Source: Candidatus Freyarchaeum deiterrae (GTDB lineage Archaea > Asgardarchaeota > Jordiarchaeia > Jordiarchaeales > Jordiarchaeaceae). Taken from it: a stretch of DNA of 32,000 nt. The stretch spans positions 1,452,259-1,484,258 of the forward strand of contig CP147778.1 in NCBI GenBank assembly GCA_037305845.1. Reading direction: 5' to 3'. The notes under the pieces were generated by a model. That model ran no database searches and had not been told where the DNA came from. It saw nothing but the letters and a program-made list of their open reading frames with translations. Positions 27,186-32,000 of this stretch are shown one piece after another. The position numbers and the translations under genes are program-made. Numbering within the stretch: position 1 is the stretch's first letter; every line of letters begins with the position of its first letter.

Positions 27186-27551
27186 TTACCCTATTATTTT
27201 GACATTAGTGCCTGAAGGATTTCTTTTCATAAGTTCTTGAATGGTTATGCATTCTCCTCCAGTCTTTTTAGCTTTGTTTGTCGCTTCCTTAGAAAAAGAT
27301 AATGCTGCTACACATACCTTATGGTTTAATTCTCCTGAACTCAAAACCTTTCCAGGCACTAAAACGGTGTCATCATCAACGGTGTATCTGTTAATTTTGG
27401 ATAAGTTTACAGAAACCTGATTCCTAGCGGGTCTCCTTAATTCGTCTGCCACTCTGCTCCATAGGTTATTTTTTTCTGATTTTGATTTTTTTGTAAGTTC
27501 AGCTATCAATTTCCAAACTTCAGGATTCGTTGGTCCAGTTGGTTTAGGCAA
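27186..27551 (-). CDS. rpl18e: 50S ribosomal protein L18e
   Basis: PTGPTNPEVWKLIAEL...RRPARNQVSVNLSKINR...VLVPGKVLSSGEL, 121 aa. Confidence 0.9.
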   Translation of the reverse strand: MPKPTGPTNPEVWKLIAELTKKSKSEKNNLWSRVADELRRPARNQVSVNLSKINRYTVDDDTVLVPGKVLSSGELNHKVCVAALSFSKEATNKAKKTGGECITIQELMKRNPSGTNVKIIG

Positions 27552-27588
27552 TATTTAACCTCCGATTTTCATGTCTGACAATGTATAT

Positions 27589-28395
27589 TTATGTAGTTTG
27601 TGAGGCGAGAAGTGACTGTAGCTCTTTAACTTTTTTCTCAAATATTTCAATAGATGTTTTTACTATCTCCTCTGGAGGGAGCGCCTCAGTGGATTCTATA
27701 TTAAATATAAACGAGGTGTCATCCGCTTCAACGTGGATGGCGTCAAACTCGCATTCGTTTTCGCATGCTTTGCATAGTGAACAATTAAAGACATCCTTTA
27801 TCATGATTGATTTATTCTTGAGATCCAAAACGCCTTTAGGACAAATTTCTACACAATCACCACAAGCTTCGCATTTGTCTCCTTCAAGTTGCACGATTGG
27901 TTTATATTTATAAGAACATGTGGAAACGGGTTGGTATTTTGCATGATCCTTGCCTCGACCAAGAGAGGCATAAGCTTCTAGTACTATCCGTTGCCCTCGT
28001 GCTAAGCGAACAATAGGAATTTTATCACTTACAGGAACTACTGAGGGATCCTGAGATTTTAGTTCCCCCGAATAAACTATTACTCCTTCTTCCTCCGCTT
28101 CCCTCTCGAGAGTAAAGGTAAGTTGACACTGAGTACACCCAGCTCCTTGGCAACTGCATTTTTCAGGTAAATTATAACCCTGCAAATCGGTTTTGAGAGG
28201 AATAAGACCTAAGCGGTGCCCAAGAACTTCATCAAATAGGGGAGATGTGTTTTCTATGATAATGACCTCATCAATAGCCATAACCGGCACTTCAGCTAAG
28301 ATTATGCGCCGTAAAGCATTAGCGAATGAAACATCGATGTTCTCCACCATAAACTTCATTGTATTTTCATCCTTGGATAGTATACGGATGTTCAT
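27589..28395 (-). CDS. rpoD: DNA-directed RNA polymerase subunit D (Rpb3-like) with a ferredoxin-like Cys-rich domain
   Basis: FANALRRIILAEVP near the N-terminus, plus two CxxCxxCxxxC(P) motifs (CEACGDCVEICP and CSLCKACENEC), as in FeS-containing archaeal RpoD. Confidence 0.9.
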   Translation of the reverse strand: MNIRILSKDENTMKFMVENIDVSFANALRRIILAEVPVMAIDEVIIIENTSPLFDEVLGHRLGLIPLKTDLQGYNLPEKCSCQGAGCTQCQLTFTLEREAEEEGVIVYSGELKSQDPSVVPVSDKIPIVRLARGQRIVLEAYASLGRGKDHAKYQPVSTCSYKYKPIVQLEGDKCEACGDCVEICPKGVLDLKNKSIMIKDVFNCSLCKACENECEFDAIHVEADDTSFIFNIESTEALPPEEIVKTSIEIFEKKVKELQSLLASQTT

Positions 28396-28540
28396 AATTA
28401 CACCAACGAGCTAGTTAAAGTACATTAAATAATTAAAAACTCTTTCTTCAATAAGCACAATCAACAACATATAAAAATTATATAAAGTTACTCACTCTCT
28501 TTTTTCTAAAAATTTTAAGACGTAGGGAGTTATTATAATT

Positions 28541-28942
28541 TTAAACCCTACGACCACGTCGTCCTCCTGGTCTGCGTGTGCCGTCATGTGGATGTGGAGT
28601 TACCTCCTCAATTCTTCCAATTCTCAGTCCTGCTCTTGCCAGAGCACGTATGGCCGCTTGGGCCCCTGGACCTGGTGTTTTAGGGCCATGCCCACCAGGC
28701 GCTCTGACATAAATGTGTATAGCTGTAATTCCCTTGTCCATAGCCGTCTGAGCTGCCCTGTAAGCAGCTTGCATAGCTGCATACGGAGAAGATTCATCTC
28801 GATCGGCTTTTACAATCATTCCTCCTGAATATCTCGCAACTGTTTCAGCGCCCGAAACGTCAGTTATGTGAACAATAGTGTCGTTATAAGAAGAGTATAT
28901 GCGGGCAATTCCCCAATGAATTTTTTTAGATTTTTCGCCCAT
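28541..28942 (-). CDS. rps11: 30S ribosomal protein S11
   Basis: [18 protein letters not shown]...[10 protein letters not shown]...[34 protein letters not shown]. Confidence 0.95.
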   Translation of the reverse strand: MGEKSKKIHWGIARIYSSYNDTIVHITDVSGAETVARYSGGMIVKADRDESSPYAAMQAAYRAAQTAMDKGITAIHIYVRAPGGHGPKTPGPGAQAAIRALARAGLRIGRIEEVTPHPHDGTRRPGGRRGRRV

Positions 28943-28974
28943 TTTTCATTCCTCTATTTTCTAATTTATCATCA

Positions 28975-29502
28975 TTATTCTTGGACATTTGCTTTGATGC
29001 GTGTTGGATGATTTGGATCACTTAATGGTGAAGAAGAAGCGAAAGATACTAGGCTCTCGCCTTTTCTATCCACTAGATATCCTGGTGATGTGATACGCTT
29101 TCCGTCTACAGCTATATGTCCATGTACTATTAATTGCCTGGAATGGTAAATAGAATTTGACAGACCTTGCATTTGGACTAGGGTCTGTAGTCTTCTATTT
29201 AATATGTCTTCAATGTTTAGCCTAAGCACTTCATCCAGTGTAGCTTCTGGTGATAAGATGCCTAGACGATTAAGTTTTCCCACTAATTGGCTCCTTGCTT
29301 TTTCCTGTGCCTCATCTGGAAGAGCAAGTGAACGTCTGGCATGCTTCCTTAAGCCTCTGAGCAGGGTAGTAGCTCGCCAGATTTCTCTCTTATTCCTCAA
29401 TCCATACTTACCCATAAGAATTAGTTCACTGTGTATCCTATCCTTCGAAAATGGATGCATTGGAGTCTTATACTTCTTTCTTTGCCTCTTAGGATCGCCC
29501 AT
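28975..29502 (-). CDS. rps4: 30S ribosomal protein S4
   Basis: MGDPKRQRKKYKTP.HP...YGLRNKREIWR...RRLQTLV...SRQLIVHGHIAVDGKRITSPGY. Confidence 0.95.
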   Translation of the reverse strand: MGDPKRQRKKYKTPMHPFSKDRIHSELILMGKYGLRNKREIWRATTLLRGLRKHARRSLALPDEAQEKARSQLVGKLNRLGILSPEATLDEVLRLNIEDILNRRLQTLVQMQGLSNSIYHSRQLIVHGHIAVDGKRITSPGYLVDRKGESLVSFASSSPLSDPNHPTRIKANVQE

Positions 29503-29519
29503 TTAAACTACCTCGAAAT

Positions 29520-29972
29520 TTACCTCTTCTTTCTCCTCACTCCCACGGTTTGACCTTTACGACCCGTGGTTTTGGTATGCTGCCCTCTGGACTTGAGTCC
29601 TAAAGCGTGGCGTATACCTCTGTAACTCTTCGTTTTTCTCAAATCATCTATATCATTTTTGGTGATTAAAGTTAAATCATTGCCAATAAAATGTTTATCC
29701 TTACCTAAACTAACATCCTTCTGCCGATTCAACATCCAACCAGGGATACCGAATTTCATTGGATCATCTAGAACCTCTTCAACCTTTTTAACATCCTGAT
29801 CCGAAACATATCCCATTCTAATATCCGGATTTAGACCAGTCACCCGGATTATAGCTTGCGCTAACCTAATGCCTACGCCTTTAATACCCTTCAAAGCGTA
29901 AAGGAACCTTTTTGCACCATCTAAATCGGTACCTGAAACCCGAACAATATAACGATAACTTTCCGACGACAA
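29520..29972 (-). CDS. rps13: 30S ribosomal protein S13
   Basis: YRYIVRVSGTDLDG...LKGIKGVGIRLAQAI...YRGIRHALGLKSRGQHTKTTGR. I propose the TTG start at 29972 (GGAG 9 nt upstream). The ORF-track start at 30038 would add about 22 residues with no S13 counterpart. Confidence 0.85.
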   Translation of the reverse strand: MSSESYRYIVRVSGTDLDGAKRFLYALKGIKGVGIRLAQAIIRVTGLNPDIRMGYVSDQDVKKVEEVLDDPMKFGIPGWMLNRQKDVSLGKDKHFIGNDLTLITKNDIDDLRKTKSYRGIRHALGLKSRGQHTKTTGRKGQTVGVRRKKR

Positions 29973-30096
29973 TAGTGAACACTCCTTGTTAGGATGCAAA
30001 AACATCAAAACATCCAAATAAACTTTACGTATAAACATGTGATAAGCAACAATACAGAGTATAACTTTAAAAAATAAACATTTCTATTTAAAATAC

Positions 30097-30107
30097 GCTG
30101 AAAACAA
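30097..30107 (+). promoter_or_regulatory. TATA-like box upstream of the tRNA
   Basis: aaataaatata ends 33 nt before the mature tRNA 5' end. That spacing is compatible with an archaeal TATA box if a short leader is present. Confidence 0.35.
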
Positions 30108-30139
30108 ATAAATATACAAGGCTGTAAACTAAATAGCAA

Positions 30140-30284
30140 GCAGGGATAGCCAAGTGGTAAACGTTAAACGTATCCGCAACGGCGCAGATAGTCTACAATG
30201 GTAGATAGCGTAAGCCTGGAGAACTTTCTTGGAAGCCTGTGATCCGTAAGGATCGCGTGGGTTCAAATCCCACTCCCTGCGCCA
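30140..30284 (+). tRNA. tRNA-Ser (anticodon GGA) precursor with three introns and a genomically encoded CCA
   Basis: Acceptor stem GCAGGGA/UCCCUGC, discriminator G, CCA at 30282..30284, T-arm GUGGG-UUCAAAU-CCCAC, long variable arm GAUCC-GUAA-GGAUC. Removing 30160..30179 (20 nt, D-loop), 30188..30213 (26 nt, 5' strand of the anticodon stem) and 30222..30233 (12 nt, position 37/38) leaves an 84-nt class II tRNA. Its anticodon arm is CAGGC-CUGGAGA-GCCUG. Confidence 0.8.
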
Positions 30285-30371
30285 TTATTTGTTCCTTTTA
30301 ATATAACTTGAAAAGAAATTCCATCTCTAAATTAAAATTCTTAAATCTTTAAAACTTGAGTCTAGTACTTT

Positions 30372-31414
30372 CTATTGGGTTTTTTCTTCTTTGTGTTTTT
30401 TCCATAGTGAGGGGTAGGTTCCGGGTTCCATTAGTACTCTGTCTACTTCTACTGCGATTCCGTGATTTGAAGAGTACATTTCTTCGCTGCTCATTTTTGA
30501 GCTGCCTAAAGCTACTGCTTCATTTTTGAGTGTGAAAATAGCAACAAGGTTCCTTACACCTATTTCGCTCTCTAGCTTTACTATTCCTGGGACTGTTAGG
30601 TTGGCGCCATGGCAGATAGAGTCCACGGCTGAGTCGCGTATGAATATTTTGGGTATGTGTTCTAATGCCTTTTCCATGGGTTGTATTATGTTTCTTAAGA
30701 AGGATTCATCTCCATCTTCCTTCCAAAAATGGTAAGCATCAATAACATCATGCAGGTTTGCAAGAGTATCTTCTTTGAAAGGCCCGGTTCGGGTTCGTCT
30801 GAGTTCTTTCATATGGGCGCCGCAGCCCAAGATTTCACCAATATCGTGGCAGAGCTTTCTTATGTAGGTACCCGCCTCGCAACCAACGCGAAGAAGCCCG
30901 TTTCGAGCCTCCATCTCTTTTAATTCAATATAGTATATTTCCCTAATTCTAAGTCTTCTTCTAACGGAGGAGCGGAGTGGTGGGCGTTGATATATTGGCC
31001 CTACGAGCTCATTTACAACGTTCCTGAACTTCTCTTCTGGCACGTCGCCGTGTAGTTGAATGACGCAGACGTATTCTTTCCCCGCCGGAAGAAGAGTCTG
31101 AACCACTTTGGTTGCTGATTCCAAAGCTACAGGGAGTACCCCGGTGACTTTGGGATTTCACTACTCCTCGCAAAATGCTAGAGGAGTTCTAGTGTCCCAG
31201 AGTGACCCGCCTTTTGAATATTGAGAATTTTTTTAACCCAGCTAACTACTTCATGCGAAGTTGGGCCAGGGGGCTTATCCACATTGATTATACCATTTTT
31301 TATGTATTCTTCTATTGGGCGTTGGTTGGGTGGGGTTCCATACGTGGGGTCTGAAGTTGCTTCGGCTTTTTCAATTAATTCTCTTTTCTTGTCACTTGGT
31401 AAAAAGTGGTCCAT
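30372..31414 (-). CDS. cbf5: tRNA/rRNA pseudouridine synthase Cbf5 (H/ACA RNP catalytic subunit). Exons are 31414..31189 and 31156..30372, 336 aa after splicing.
   Basis: Exon 1 ends ...[14 protein letters not shown] and exon 2 reads (D)[31 protein letters not shown]..., followed by a PUA domain. The catalytic GTLDP motif forms only when the 32-nt insert is removed. Confidence 0.9.
31157..31188 (-). other. BHB intron (32 nt) in the cbf5 pre-mRNA
   Basis: RNA reads GGGA-CACU-AG|A-ACUCCUC-UAGCAUUUUGC-GAGGAGU-AGUG-AA|A-UCCC. It has a 4-5 bp outer helix, a perfect 4-bp central helix, two 3-nt bulges, a 7-bp inner helix and an 11-nt loop. Canonical cuts join CUAG+AUCCC into CUA GAU CCC (L-D-P). 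Confidence 0.85.
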
Positions 31415-31504
31415 TAAACCAGCCTCATTGTAAATTTTTTTTAATTTCTTCTGGAATTTAAATAAAAAGAAGTGTAGATTGATTTTTTATACCAGTCTCT
31501 TTTT

Positions 31505-31786
31505 TTAGAGATTGATTTTTGCTTTTTCCTTCATCGTATCTAACAAGCCGGCATTTTTTAGCAATTCAGCGATTTCGGAGTCTTCAGCCCCGCGTTTAAT
31601 TTCAATCTTTTTCTCTGTGACTTCCAAATGTTTAACATTTGATCTGCGTCTTCTAACCTTGTTTACTGAAGGCGGGCCTGTGATAAGGACATAGTTTTTG
31701 TCGATAACTTCAACTATTACGCATCTTTGGCCGGCTTCTCTTCCTGTTATTTTTATGCAGATTTTTCCGGGTTCAATTGCAGCCAT
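31505..31786 (-). CDS. rpl14e: 50S ribosomal protein L14e
   Basis: MAAIEPGKICIKITGREAGQRCVIVEVIDKNYVLITGP...VRRRRSNVKHLE. The ATG at 31786 lies 9 nt after GGAGG. The ORF-track start at 31843 is probably too far upstream. Confidence 0.85.
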   Translation of the reverse strand: MAAIEPGKICIKITGREAGQRCVIVEVIDKNYVLITGPPSVNKVRRRRSNVKHLEVTEKKIEIKRGAEDSEIAELLKNAGLLDTMKEKAKINL

Positions 31787-31847
31787 TTTTCTAAACCTCC
31801 AGCCACTCTTGAGTCTTCCTCTAGGTCGCCCTAGTAGGTTCAACCTC

Positions 31848-32000
31848 TTATGAGGACGAGGTGAGATACTCTTCTACAACAGTCTTTAAAATCTTTACTA
31901 TAGAGTCGAGTGACCATAATTCTGTGTTGATTATTACATCGAAAATGGAGTAATCATCAACATTTATGTTATAGAGTTTTTTAAATCTCTCCTTCTCGCT
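31848..32000 (-). CDS. cmk: Cytidylate kinase, archaeal type, C-terminal fragment (gene starts beyond the right edge)
   Basis: Minus-strand translation gives ...SEKERFKKLYNINVDDYSIFDVIINTELWSLDSIVKILKTVVEEYLTSSS*, which resembles archaeal CMP kinase C-termini. cmk-L14e-cbf5 is also a common archaeal gene order. Confidence 0.6.
   Translation of the reverse strand, partial: SEKERFKKLYNINVDDYSIFDVIINTELWSLDSIVKILKTVVEEYLTSSS

Noticed and set aside
31125-31177. cbf5 as two independent genes (a split Cbf5) or a frameshifted pseudogene
   Set aside because: The catalytic GTLDP motif is rebuilt precisely by BHB-guided removal of 32 nt. The downstream piece has no credible start or SD of its own (the ORF-track M is an internal TTG in ...VALESATK...).
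1-32000. CRISPR arrays, transposases/IS elements, integrases, prophage, toxin-antitoxin or other defence islands; inteins in the usual hosts (aIF5B, RtcB, RpoA'', GlmS, Elp3)
   Set aside because: No regularly spaced repeats were seen, only the two 38-mers at 4245 and 4357. No ORF has transposase, integrase or nuclease-defence motifs. All the usual intein-host proteins have normal lengths and contiguous motifs.

Overview
This is an archaeal chromosomal segment, AT-rich (roughly 40% GC by eye, not computed), with SD-like GGAGG motifs and frequent TTG/GTG starts. It is almost entirely core information-processing genes. Left to right: rtcB (partial), aIF5B, S6e, a Mut7-C nuclease-like gene, AMMECR1, a glycosyltransferase, nadC, thiI, S12-S7. 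On the minus strand: NusA-L30e-RpoA''-RpoA', glmS, gatD-gatE. Then elp3, L7Ae, a mevalonate-pathway trio (idi type 1, ipk, mvk), the S2-RpoN-S9-L13-L18e-RpoD-S11-S4-S13 block, one tRNA, cbf5, L14e and the end of cmk. I saw no CRISPR array, transposon, integrase, toxin-antitoxin or defence genes. The unusual content is RNA-level. (1) Three protein-coding genes (rtcB, gatE, cbf5) are each broken by a 29-32 nt hairpin insert. Each insert fits the archaeal bulge-helix-bulge (BHB) splicing motif. Cutting at the canonical bulge positions restores the conserved reading frame and catalytic motifs exactly. (2) The only tRNA, Ser-GGA, needs three introns removed (D-loop, anticodon stem, canonical 37/38). 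(3) aIF5B shows an abrupt intragenic switch in synonymous-site composition: 73 codons with no T at position 3, then more than 100 codons ending almost only in T or G. (4) mvk needs a +1 shift at a U8 tract. Intron style and gene content suggest a TACK/Thermoproteota-like lineage, but I cannot assign taxonomy from sequence alone.
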